This document shows, piece after piece, positions 38,984 through 48,006 of a stretch of DNA of 64,000 nucleotides. This DNA comes from Alphaproteobacteria bacterium (GTDB lineage Bacteria > Pseudomonadota > Alphaproteobacteria > GCA-2731375), in the NCBI GenBank assembly GCA_965232515.1, contig CBDDPY010000002.1, positions 5,024,001 through 5,088,000 on the forward strand, written 5' to 3'. Every line of letters starts with the position of its first letter. Position 1 is the stretch's first letter. The translations under genes were made by a program, and so were the position numbers. Under the pieces are notes generated by a model. It searched no databases, was not told the origin of the DNA, and saw only the letters and a program-made list of their open reading frames with translations.

Positions 38984-40141
38984 ATGTTTTCAGTTCGCAA
39001 GACACTGGCTTCGGGAACAGCCGTTCTTCTTTACTGGCTCATCATGCTGGAGGGCGTCCTTATGGCCACGCCTTTCGGCATTCTGCTGTATTCGTTTTAC
39101 GACCCCTTCCTGGCGATAGCCCGCCGGAGCGAGCTGACGGCATGGGTTGCCGCGTTCTTTCTGCCCCAGTCCGTCTACGCGACGAACAGTTCGTTCATCG
39201 AGTTCATGCGCTTCGGGGAGTACCTGTTCTACATCGGGCTGGCCGGGTTCTTCGTCTCCGCCGCGCCGGTTTATTGGGCCAAGTTAAGGCGCAAAGGCAT
39301 GGTCGGCGGCTTTATCTACGCCTACATCAGGCACCCGCAGTACCTGTTCTTCATGCTGTCCGCGTTTGGGCTGCTCTTCATCTGGCCCAGGATGATGATG
39401 CTGGTCCTGTTTCTGGTCATGAGCGTGTTCTATTTCTATCTGGCGAAGTTCGAGGAGCGCCGGATGCAGGCGCGGCATCCCGACTATTCGGCCTACATGC
39501 GACGAACGGCCATGTTCATTCCCGGCAACCCCGGGGGCCGGTTGTTCAATCTGCTGTTCGGATGGCTGCCGAACCGGAACCTGGCCCAGGCAATGGCGGT
39601 TCTGTCTGTTGTCGTCATCGCCTTTGCCGGCGCGATCGGCCTGCGGAACCTGTCGATCGCGAATATCTCAACGGCGGAGCTTCCCGACCAAAACATACTG
39701 GCGATATCGATCTTCCCGCATGACGACGCTTATTTGCGCGACGCGGTCACCAAGACCATTGCCGACGATGCGGTTCGAATCGCCTTGGACCGGCAGGGAA
39801 ACGTGAGCTTCACGGCCCACATCCTGCCCAAGGACTACGGCATGCTGGGCAAGTTCGTTTCCATCAACGAACACCACGAGGCAGAGATCATCGACAACTT
39901 CCTAAACAGATCGTCCCTGCGCGGCTTTCTGTGGGGCACCGACTCCGATGACGTAAAGATCGTTCTTTCGAAGATCGACAAGCCCGGAACCCCGTTCGTC
40001 CCGCTGGCCGAGATCATGGACATGAGCGCCAAGATGACCCCGGTGTTGATCGTCGATCTGAACCTGCCGACAGGCGCGCTGAGCAACCTGACGCTGACCG
40101 ATACGACCCACTACGGCGACGTACCCCAGCCAATCTTCTGA
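38984..40141 (+). CDS. ICMT/PEMT-family membrane methyltransferase with C-terminal extension
   Basis: IYAYIRHPQY, EERRM, Y..YMRRT.MFIP. Confidence 0.8.
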   Translation: MFSVRKTLASGTAVLLYWLIMLEGVLMATPFGILLYSFYDPFLAIARRSELTAWVAAFFLPQSVYATNSSFIEFMRFGEYLFYIGLAGFFVSAAPVYWAKLRRKGMVGGFIYAYIRHPQYLFFMLSAFGLLFIWPRMMMLVLFLVMSVFYFYLAKFEERRMQARHPDYSAYMRRTAMFIPGNPGGRLFNLLFGWLPNRNLAQAMAVLSVVVIAFAGAIGLRNLSIANISTAELPDQNILAISIFPHDDAYLRDAVTKTIADDAVRIALDRQGNVSFTAHILPKDYGMLGKFVSINEHHEAEIIDNFLNRSSLRGFLWGTDSDDVKIVLSKIDKPGTPFVPLAEIMDMSAKMTPVLIVDLNLPTGALSNLTLTDTTHYGDVPQPIF

Positions 40142-40347
40142 CCTGCACGGTCCGCTGCGGCTCGGGCGCCGCAACTGGTCGCGCCAGGCGGACGACCGCT
40201 GCGTGACGTGAAAGCCGTCATGCACGCCAGCGGCCGCAAACGGCAGCCTTGGGTCGGTTTCGGTTGCACTGGAATTGTTCGCTATGCGGGCGCAACCCGA
40301 TGTCCGGTCAAACCCGCGTGCCGACGACCGTCGCGCCGCTGCTGCCG

Positions 40348-40548
40348 CGCCTCTCTAATCACCAGATAGAGCGTTGGCAAGGTGCCGGCCTGGATCTTGC
40401 CCATGATCTCGAAGCCGTGGCGTTCGTAGAGGGAGATGTTGCGCGGGTTCGACGACTCCAGATAGGCGATCAGGCCGTCGGCGTCGCAGCGTCTAAGCGC
40501 GTGTGCCATCAGCGCGGCGATCAGCGGCAGTTACCAGTGCGGGCGATC
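40348..40548 (-). pseudogene. Decayed copy of the 3' end of the GNAT gene at 43089-43679
   Basis: Reads DRPHW*LPLIAA-LMAHALRRCDADGLIAYLESSNPRNISLYERHGF; TAC>TAA stop and 12-codon deletion relative to the intact gene. Confidence 0.9.
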
Positions 40549-40798
40549 ATCGCCAATGGCAGATTCTGCTCGGTAACGGTTTGTCACACACAGTCGGCGA
40601 TATCTGCTTGTAGATCGCTTAGTGGAACTTCGATCATCATGTTTGGTGCGGATCAATTCCGGCCATAATCGATCGTATAGAAAACAACCCCTAAGGTTCC
40701 AAGATCGGCAGCGTAACGACGTTTCGCAAAAGTTTTGTAGAGATCTCTGCAGCCTTTTTTTTATCGTGCGCAAACGAATATTGCGAATTCAAGAAAAT

Positions 40799-40819
40799 GA
40801 GGGCGGCAAGGCCGCCCTC
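40799..40819 (-). terminator. Rho-independent terminator of the 67-aa ORF
   Basis: GAGGGCGGC-CTT-GCCGCCCTC followed by ATTTTCTT on the minus strand. Confidence 0.75.
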
Positions 40820-40841
40820 GATGTTTTTGCCTACGCACTTT

Positions 40842-41045
40842 CTAGTATGTTTTGGTCCGTGAGTTGCCTTTCGGATCGGTTACTGTCGTCGACGTTGCCT
40901 TCCAGCTCGGCCCCAGGAGGGCCCGTGAAGGACCGCTTCCGGTGGCTTTGTAGGTGGTTGTCTTGCTGAATCCGCCACCGCGTTCCGTGACTGTTTTGCC
41001 GGTGAGCCATCCGTCTTTTGACGAGTAGGAGGTCTTCTTAGTCAC
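40842..41045 (-). CDS. 67-aa basic Thr/Ser/Gly/Lys-rich protein
   Basis: GAAGGGAG RBS before GTG; terminator about 20 nt downstream. Confidence 0.7.
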   Translation of the reverse strand: MTKKTSYSSKDGWLTGKTVTERGGGFSKTTTYKATGSGPSRALLGPSWKATSTTVTDPKGNSRTKTY

Positions 41046-41215
41046 TTCAATCTCCCTTCAATGTTGTCGATCAGTACATTTTCTTCGCCTTAGGCTTGCT
41101 TGCCCATGCCTCCCTGTGGGAGACGATGTCAGAATGACAATCCTGAATAAGAACGGGTGCGAAGATTTGCGAAGCCACAACAAGCATCGCGAGCGTGAAT
41201 TTTAAAGAGGGACAG

Positions 41216-42757
41216 ATGGCGCAGAAGCCGAACCCGGTTATCTCAGAGTTCCGCAAACGGGTTGAGTGGATTGTATTGAATCTCGATCCAGATCCGGTCT
41301 ACCGCCGTTTTGTTTCAGAGATCAATGATGTCTTCGCTGCGCTTGAAGAAGCGAAGGAAAAAAAATCTTTTGCAGTAGGTCCATATGAGCGCGTTCCAGG
41401 GCGGCGGACATGGGAGACTGCCCTAAAGACCGACCGTGTTCCCCAAGTTTATCTCGACTGGTTATACACTCTGTATTCGGATCTGGTCCCGTCACAGCTT
41501 GAGGCGGTTTCGTTCGAGGAGTTTCGCCGACTCGGAGAAGAGATACAGGCTCAACGTGACAGATGGCGGCCGGCAATACGTTTCTTTGCCGAACAACGGT
41601 CCCTTTTGTTGGTCATCGCCAGGAATTATTACCGGGAATGCGATTTCAGCAGCAATCACAATATTGGCGACCTAGAGTTTCCACTGTTAACGCAGGAAGG
41701 ATGGATTCGCACGCGGCCGATTGTGCTCGAAGAGCACACTGAGAGCACAATTCTCAGTGATCCTGATCCAGGGAGAATCTTTGAACCCAGGCGCCTCCCA
41801 GGGCTCCGTGGAGATTATGTTGCATACAAGGGAGGCCTTGCTTACGCATCAAGGCGCGTTGTCAAAACCGAACCGCAACACAATGGTGAAGTATTTTGTG
41901 CGAGATCTGTAATTAAAGATAATAAAGGATTTGTAGGATTTCGATATTTTTTATCCCGTTACTTCGAATATATCAACACTTGTGAAGTACTTGGGGCTGA
42001 ACTGGCTGATTGGGTATTGTCACATCCGCGTGAAATTACACCACAGCCTCTCCAATTTCGCGGCAATCCGGAAGACGCCTTTGATCTCTCAAATCGCGCT
42101 ACATATCCTGGCGTAAACTGCCTTTCAATATTCCTCAACTACTCGGAGCGGCGGCTTCCGCGCGGGAATTATTTTTTGCTGCATAAAAGAGACGAAACAC
42201 AACTTCAAGCTCAGAACACCGTACATGTTGTTCCTGCAGGTGGACATCAGGGTTACGCGAAGGGAGGTTGGCGAGAAGATACCGCAATCTGGCGAACTAT
42301 GGTGCGTGAGTTTGCGGAAGAGCTTTTTGACATGGAAGACTTATCCAAACAACCAGAGAGTTGGGAAGATTTCTTAAGCTACAAGGAAGTAAATAAGATC
42401 AGAACTGTATTCTTTCAGCAACCTGATCCGGCAGCAAAGGTATACTTACATGGATTTGGTTTGGACCCAATTACCCTTAAACCAGAAATTCTTATTACAA
42501 TTGTAATAAATTGGGAGAAGGTTCCAACAGGGCCAAATGGATTCCGCTTAAAATTCAATTGGGAGCTTCAGCAAAAACGGAAAAAATCCGGCACTAGACA
42601 CCAATGGGCGAAGTTGTCCGAGAGAGAACTGCTTCTCCAGGCTGAAGGGGGGAGGCAGACGATTGGTGACATTTTTTTGGATACACTACCAGCCGGAGCC
42701 GCTTGTTTAATGCAGACTGCACGGCACTATCGGCTGATGGGCCTTCCGGAGGGCTAG
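41216..42757 (+). CDS. 513-aa protein with divergent C-terminal NUDIX-like domain
   Basis: Long ORF in AT-richer DNA; AGAGGG RBS; FLLHKR...HVVPAGG...REFAEELF. Confidence 0.75.
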   Translation: MAQKPNPVISEFRKRVEWIVLNLDPDPVYRRFVSEINDVFAALEEAKEKKSFAVGPYERVPGRRTWETALKTDRVPQVYLDWLYTLYSDLVPSQLEAVSFEEFRRLGEEIQAQRDRWRPAIRFFAEQRSLLLVIARNYYRECDFSSNHNIGDLEFPLLTQEGWIRTRPIVLEEHTESTILSDPDPGRIFEPRRLPGLRGDYVAYKGGLAYASRRVVKTEPQHNGEVFCARSVIKDNKGFVGFRYFLSRYFEYINTCEVLGAELADWVLSHPREITPQPLQFRGNPEDAFDLSNRATYPGVNCLSIFLNYSERRLPRGNYFLLHKRDETQLQAQNTVHVVPAGGHQGYAKGGWREDTAIWRTMVREFAEELFDMEDLSKQPESWEDFLSYKEVNKIRTVFFQQPDPAAKVYLHGFGLDPITLKPEILITIVINWEKVPTGPNGFRLKFNWELQQKRKKSGTRHQWAKLSERELLLQAEGGRQTIGDIFLDTLPAGAACLMQTARHYRLMGLPEG

Positions 42758-43088
42758 CTTATTGGAGGTGTGGCGGACCGGCATCTGATTTTGGGAGCTT
42801 GTATCTGCGGTAACGGCAATAAATGCTCACTTAGAGCGCTCTGGCGTTACAAGGTTGTTTGCAGATTTGGATGCCGCATGGCTGTGGTGGGCCTCGTCGC
42901 TCGCAACCTCCGAGCCGTACGTTAGCTGCTTACCGGACGTCGGTGAGGCTCTGTGCACTCGTGCTTCGCCGCTTGTTGCTCCACAAACATACATACAATC
43001 AGTCGGTCCTGAACGATTGTTTTGAGCCGAATTCAGTTGTCCGACGATTTTCAATTGCTTGCTCGAATCGGCCCCTGTTGGGCAACGG

Positions 43089-43679
43089 TCATCCCCTCGC
43101 CTCTCTAATCATCGGATAAAGCGTCGGCGAGGTGCCGGCCTGGATCTGGCCGATGATCTCGAAGCCGTGGCGTTCGTAGAGGGAGATGTTGCGGGGGTTC
43201 GTGGATTCGAGATAGGCGATCAGGCCGTCTTCGTCGCAGCGTTCGAGCGCGCGTGTCATCAGGGCGGCGCCCAGGCCGCGGGCCAGGTAGGCCGGGTCGG
43301 CGGCGATCAGCGGCAGGTACCAGTGCGGGCGGTCCGTCGGGTGGTGGGCGTCCATCTGTTCGAACACGGCGGCGAGGTCGTCGTGGATTTCAGGTGGAGC
43401 GGTGGCCGCGAACAGGGCCTCGATCGCCGCGCCGTCGGGCGCGGCGCCGGGCGGCAGCCAGAGGGCGGCGGCCCGGCCGTCGTCGGCGACATAGGCCGAG
43501 CCGTGCGCGAACGCCTGGCCGGCGAAGGCGGCGATGAATTTCGGCATGCATTTCAGATAGTCGTCCGCATCGGGCCAGGTCCAGCGGGCCATGGGATCGG
43601 CGATGAAGCCGAGCGTGACGATGCGGATGGTCCGGTCGCGCGCGGCGGCCGGCGCGATGTCGATGGTCGGCATGTACAT
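43089..43679 (-). CDS. GNAT family N-acetyltransferase
   Basis: AALWLPPG, PHWYLPLI..DP..ARGLGAAL, YLESTNPRNISLYERHGF. Confidence 0.92.
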   Translation of the reverse strand: MYMPTIDIAPAAARDRTIRIVTLGFIADPMARWTWPDADDYLKCMPKFIAAFAGQAFAHGSAYVADDGRAAALWLPPGAAPDGAAIEALFAATAPPEIHDDLAAVFEQMDAHHPTDRPHWYLPLIAADPAYLARGLGAALMTRALERCDEDGLIAYLESTNPRNISLYERHGFEIIGQIQAGTSPTLYPMIREARG

Positions 43680-43812
43680 TGGAACCTCTCTTCCAAACGG
43701 TTGCTGAGCGGTTCCCACTCCCCGGCGCCCGCGCCGGCCCACGAAAAAGACGGTGTCGGTGATTGATCCTCAGGGTCTCACCGGCGACGAAAATCCGTAG
43801 GAAAGACTATTC

Positions 43813-43913
43813 ACCACAGAGGACACAGAGAGCACAGAGAACCAACACGCTCTTCCGGCGCTTCGCGCCAACCAATCTTGTCCTTCCTCTGTGCTCTCTG
43901 TGTCCTCTGTGGT
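43813..43913. repeat. 27-bp perfect inverted repeat built from 9-bp units
   Basis: ACCACAGAGGACACAGAGAGCACAGAG (43813-43839) and its exact reverse complement (43887-43913). Confidence 0.85.
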
Positions 43914-43978
43914 TCGGCACCTTTCGACACCGAGCGCCTGTCGCCGGATCGCCGGGTCGAGCCTCATGCCCATCGCTC

Positions 43979-44614
43979 TCACTCCGCGAACGGCGCCGCG
44001 GCCACGGCGTCGCAGAAGTCGATGCGATGGAAGCCGTCGATCTGGCGGGCGGCGATGTCGGCGGTGAAGTTGAGCGCCGTGGTCATCGGCTTGTCGCGCA
44101 CCACGTCGGCGATGGCGGCGAGCATCGCCTTCTTGAAGCCGAGGCGCGGCGCGTCCTCGACCACGCGTTCCAGCACGCCCGGCGCCAGCAGGTCGGGCGG
44201 CAGCGCGCCCACATCGATGCCGGCGCCGGTCTGCACCAGCGCGATCTCCGGCTGCTTGCGCTGCGGAATGGCCGGCGTCGAATGTAGCGCGATGGCGTCC
44301 CAGACCACGTCGATCAGCGGCTCGTCATAGCCGCAGTCGCGCAGGAAGGCGGCTGCCGCGTCGGCGCCGTCGATCTCGAACCGGTCATCGCCCCGGTGGG
44401 CGTGCGTCAGGCCGAGGTCGTGCAGCACCGCGCCCAGGAAGAACAGTTCGGGATCGAAGCTGAGCCCCGCCCGCGTGCCGGCATGAAAGCCGAAGGCATA
44501 GGTCCGGAGCACGTGGTTGAAGAGAAACGGTTCGCTCGCCTCTTCGGCGAGCGTATAGGCGGCCCGGCAGATGGCGCTGTCGGGCAGCCGGACGTCGGCG
44601 ATCTCGCGGATCAT
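43979..44614 (-). CDS. HD-domain protein
   Basis: NHVLRTY, LHDLG, RFEIDGA, WDAIALH. Confidence 0.88.
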   Translation of the reverse strand: MIREIADVRLPDSAICRAAYTLAEEASEPFLFNHVLRTYAFGFHAGTRAGLSFDPELFFLGAVLHDLGLTHAHRGDDRFEIDGADAAAAFLRDCGYDEPLIDVVWDAIALHSTPAIPQRKQPEIALVQTGAGIDVGALPPDLLAPGVLERVVEDAPRLGFKKAMLAAIADVVRDKPMTTALNFTADIAARQIDGFHRIDFCDAVAAAPFAE

Positions 44615-44976
44615 GACGCCGCCGTCCCCGGCACCCGCAGGTCGACATTGGCCGCGAGCCCGTCCGCCACCGACAGCATCGTCCCCGATACCTGCACCTG
44701 CTCGAAATAGTCGTGCCAGCCCGAGGCCGCGATGCCGGCCTCCAGGGTGCGCGCGAACCCGGCGTCGGGCAGCGTGTAGACGCAGAAGAAGTCATAGGCC
44801 GCCCGCCGGTCCGTCGCGGTGTCGTTCAGGCCGAAGGCGATGACCTCGGCGCCCGCCGCCGCGATCTTCTCGACCTCGCCCGCGACCATCGCCGCGAACC
44901 CGCGCCGCTCGGCCGCGTCCGCCTCGAACCAGCGATCCCGGTAGTTGTAGAGCTCGATAAAGATCTGCCGCGCCAT
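44611..44976 (-). CDS. Small conserved protein (DUF6616-like)
   Basis: FIELY, RAAYDFFCVY, GWHDYFEQ; ATGA overlap with the HD gene. Confidence 0.7.
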   Translation of the reverse strand: MARQIFIELYNYRDRWFEADAAERRGFAAMVAGEVEKIAAAGAEVIAFGLNDTATDRRAAYDFFCVYTLPDAGFARTLEAGIAASGWHDYFEQVQVSGTMLSVADGLAANVDLRVPGTAAS

Positions 44977-45009
44977 CTGCCTGTCACCCCGCGAGCCACG
45001 TTTTCGCAT

Positions 45010-45080
45010 CAATTATTTACGGAACAGTACAAAAATAGCGTGCGGCGTCAACAATTATTTGCGGATCGATACAAAATTAG
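45010..45080. promoter_or_regulatory. Tandem 29-bp operator-like direct repeats
   Basis: CAATTATTTACGGAACAGTACAAAAATAG and CAATTATTTGCGGATCGATACAAAATTAG, 42 bp apart. Confidence 0.6.
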
Positions 45081-45269
45081 GGATGGCGTTATCGAACGCC
45101 GGATCGACGGCGTTAAGGCGACGGGCCGTCACATCACCGCGCGCGCGTAATTTCGACAAGAATCGAAATGTCACAAGTCGTTGAAGCCGAACGATTCTTT
45201 CTTCTTGACGCTCCTGTGCATGGGGTTGTCCCCGCGTTTCCCCCGCGCGACACCCCCCTCCCGCCGTCG

Positions 45270-45385
45270 CCCCGCCTTCGGCCCAAGGGCCTCGGCGCGG
45301 CTATGGCGTGGCGGGCCCCCCGCGTCACTGACCGCCCTTGTCCTGGCGGGCTTGCCCCGCCGTAGCTCTACAGAGCGGAGGCGGG
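45270..45385. repeat. REP-like inverted doublet (CCCGCCTTCG..GCTAYGGCG type)
   Basis: CCCGCCTTCG..GCTATGGCGTGGC and inverted CCCCGCCGTAGC..GCGGAGGCGGG, overlapping the ridA stop. Confidence 0.5.
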
Positions 45386-45790
45386 ACGCTTCACCCGGTC
45401 GTGCGGGATCGACGCGACGGCCGAGATCTCGATCAGCAGGTCGGGATGCACCAGGCCGGCGACCTGGACCAGCGTGCTCGCCGGATAGGGCTTCTCGAAG
45501 TAGCGGGCGCGGACGGCGTGGATCTGATCGAGGCCGGCCATGTCGGTGACGTAGACGATGACCGAGACGATGTCGGCCATGGTCCCGCCGGCGCTCTCGA
45601 CGATGGCCTTGACGTTTTCCAGCACCTGTTCGGTCTGGGCCGCGATGTCGCCCGCGCCCACGACCTTGCCGTCGGCGTCCCAGGCGACCTGGCCGGCGAT
45701 CTGCAGGATGGCGCCGTCGCCCTGCCAGGCGGCGTTCGAGAAAATGCCGAAGGGTTCGATCACACCGGGCGGGTTGAAGGCGTCAGCCAT
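45368..45790 (-). CDS. RidA family protein
   Basis: [32 protein letters not shown]. Confidence 0.9.
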   Translation of the reverse strand: MADAFNPPGVIEPFGIFSNAAWQGDGAILQIAGQVAWDADGKVVGAGDIAAQTEQVLENVKAIVESAGGTMADIVSVIVYVTDMAGLDQIHAVRARYFEKPYPASTLVQVAGLVHPDLLIEISAVASIPHDRVKRPASAL

Positions 45791-45876
45791 GTCGGGTCCT
45801 CCCTTGCTTGAGACCATCCGATCATTCTAGCCGCGGCGGCTGGACGCGGCCGCACCGCGGTGCCACATTTATCGCC

Positions 45877-46437
45877 ATGAACAACGGGCCGATCCACGAC
45901 TATCCCTTCGAGCCGCAGGTGCCGGCGGGCGACAACCGCGAGCGCCATGTCTGCCGCGACTGCGGTTGGATCAACTACGTGAACCCCAAGGTGGTGGTCG
46001 GCGCGGTCGTCACCTGGCAGGACCGATTGCTGATCTGCAAGCGCGCCATCGAGCCGCGGCTCGGCTACTGGACCATGCCGGCCGGCTATCTCGAGGAGCA
46101 TGAGACCACCGAGGCCGGCGCCCGGCGCGAGGCCTGGGAGGAGGCCTGCGCCGACATCGAGATCGACGCCCTGCTCGCGGTCTACAACATCCCGCGCATC
46201 AGTCAGGTGCAGCTGATCTACCGCGCCGAGCTGAAGTCGCCCGAATTCGCGCCGGGCGAGGAGAGCAGCGACGTCAAGCTGATCGGCTGGGACGAGATCC
46301 CCTGGGACGACCTGGCGTTTCCAAGCGTGCACTGGGCGCTGACGCAATACGGCGAGGTGCGCGGCCGCGCCGACTTCGCGCCCTTCACCAATCCACCCGG
46401 CGACCTCGGCAACTGGCGGTCGGGCAGGCCGCGCTAA
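45877..46437 (+). CDS. NUDIX hydrolase with N-terminal Zn ribbon
   Basis: [29 protein letters not shown]. Confidence 0.92.
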   Translation: MNNGPIHDYPFEPQVPAGDNRERHVCRDCGWINYVNPKVVVGAVVTWQDRLLICKRAIEPRLGYWTMPAGYLEEHETTEAGARREAWEEACADIEIDALLAVYNIPRISQVQLIYRAELKSPEFAPGEESSDVKLIGWDEIPWDDLAFPSVHWALTQYGEVRGRADFAPFTNPPGDLGNWRSGRPR

Positions 46438-47330
46438 CCCGCGTACTTTTCCAAATAGGCCCTGACGGCGTCGCCGAACACCGGCAGCGACTTGTAGCGC
46501 TGCATGGCCGGCGGCATGGTCGTGATCGACTGCGCCAGGCGGCCGGCGGCCTCGGGGCGGTCGGCGAGCCGCGACAACGGCCAGCGGTGGATGCGGATCG
46601 TGAACAGCACTGCGCCTGTTTCGGGCAGCCGGCGCAGCGTCTGGCGCTCGACGCGCAGCCACAGGCGCTCGCCGGCATTCTCGACCGTGATCGTCGGGTC
46701 CAGCTCGCCGCGGCCGTGGCCCTCGGGCTGGAACAGGGCGGGATCGTCGATCAGCGACCAGTTCAGCCGCCAGACCGGCTTGTCGGTCTTGATGCGGTCG
46801 AAGAACCGGCTCACGGGCCGGGCGAGCTTGTCCGCGAAGTCCGGCACGGGGTCGTGGATCGCATCCAGCGGCCGGCCGATCTTCTCGGCGAGCTTCCAGC
46901 GCGTCGGAAAGCACAGGCTCGCCGCCGTCAGCCGCCAGGCCGCGCCATCATGCTGCATCAGGCACAGGTCCTCCTGCACCAGACGGCCGGCCACGTCGAG
47001 CGGCGCTAGGCTCGCATCGTCCAGGTCCCAGTTCGCATCCGCCGGCAACACTTGCAAACGCCGGCCGTTGCGCCGGTAGAGGTCGGGGAAGTGTTCGGTG
47101 AGGTGCGCGGCCAGCAGGTCCAGCACCTCGCCCTGACCGGCTTCGGAGCCCGGCAGCGCCGCGAAGACCTCGGCATGACGCTCCGTCAGCAGGCGTTGCT
47201 TTTCGGCGAGGTCGGCGGCGAGGTCGTCGTCGACCTCGATCCACTCCTCAGGCTTCAGGGCCATCAGGCCCATGGACAAACGATAGGGTGTCTCGAAGGG
47301 GGTATAGAGCGGCTTGCCGCCGGCGCTCAC
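46434..47330 (-). CDS. DUF3445 / heme-dependent oxidative N-demethylase alpha-like protein
   Basis: [45 protein letters not shown]; GTG overlaps the upstream stop. Confidence 0.88.
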   Translation of the reverse strand: MSAGGKPLYTPFETPYRLSMGLMALKPEEWIEVDDDLAADLAEKQRLLTERHAEVFAALPGSEAGQGEVLDLLAAHLTEHFPDLYRRNGRRLQVLPADANWDLDDASLAPLDVAGRLVQEDLCLMQHDGAAWRLTAASLCFPTRWKLAEKIGRPLDAIHDPVPDFADKLARPVSRFFDRIKTDKPVWRLNWSLIDDPALFQPEGHGRGELDPTITVENAGERLWLRVERQTLRRLPETGAVLFTIRIHRWPLSRLADRPEAAGRLAQSITTMPPAMQRYKSLPVFGDAVRAYLEKYAG

Positions 47331-47917
47331 GGCGTCTTCTCGTCGGGCTCCAGCATGAAGCGGTTCACCGTCGGCAGCTGCGAGATCGCGAACACGAAGG
47401 TCAGCGGCATGATGCCGAAGACCTTGAAGTTGACCCAGGCGTCCGTGCTGAAGTTGCGCCAGACGATCTCGTTCAACAGCGCCAGAAACAAAAAGAACAG
47501 GCCCCAGCGCCAGGTCAGGATGCGCCAGCCGTCCTCGTGCAGCGGCGGCATCGCCGGGCCCATCACCGACTTCAGGAACGACTTGTCGAACGCGAGGCCG
47601 CCGAGCAGGCCGGCCGCGAACAGGCAGTTCACGATGGTCGGCTTCATCTTGATGAACAGCTCGTCCTGCAGGATCAGCGTCAGGCCGCCGAACACCAGCA
47701 CGAACCCGGCCGTGACCAGCGGCAGCACCGGCACCCGCCGCTCGAAGCGCCAGGTGATCAGCACGGCCAGCGGCGCCGTCACCATGAATACGCCCGTCGC
47801 CCAGAACAGCCCCAGCCGCGCGTTCACGATGAAAAATGCCACCAGCGGGCCGATCTCGACCGCGATCTTCAGCAGCGGATGCATCTGGTGGGTTTGCGCG
47901 TGGGATTGCACCGACAT
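47327..47917 (-). CDS. yciB: Inner membrane protein YciB / septation protein A
   Basis: EIGPL..FF, FGGLTL, FIKMKPTI, WVNFKVFG. Confidence 0.93.
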   Translation of the reverse strand: MSVQSHAQTHQMHPLLKIAVEIGPLVAFFIVNARLGLFWATGVFMVTAPLAVLITWRFERRVPVLPLVTAGFVLVFGGLTLILQDELFIKMKPTIVNCLFAAGLLGGLAFDKSFLKSVMGPAMPPLHEDGWRILTWRWGLFFLFLALLNEIVWRNFSTDAWVNFKVFGIMPLTFVFAISQLPTVNRFMLEPDEKTP

Positions 47918-48006
47918 GCCGCGAACATATCCCCGCTGACCGTTCAGCCAAAGTGATAAGTGTCACAGGCGTTGCGTCAACGATGGTGCAGGTGTATGGG
48001 GCGGAG

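Larger units (their letters stand above)
40549..43088. mobile_element. AT-richer horizontally acquired islet, no integrase visible
   Basis: Visible drop in GC and shift in codon usage; bounded by two copies of the GNAT 3' end. Confidence 0.7.

Noticed and set aside
40549-43088. Prophage, IS or classical integron
   Set aside because: No integrase, transposase or phage gene, and no convincing attC site
43813-43913. CRISPR array
   Set aside because: Repeats are inverted 9-bp units without unique spacers; no cas genes
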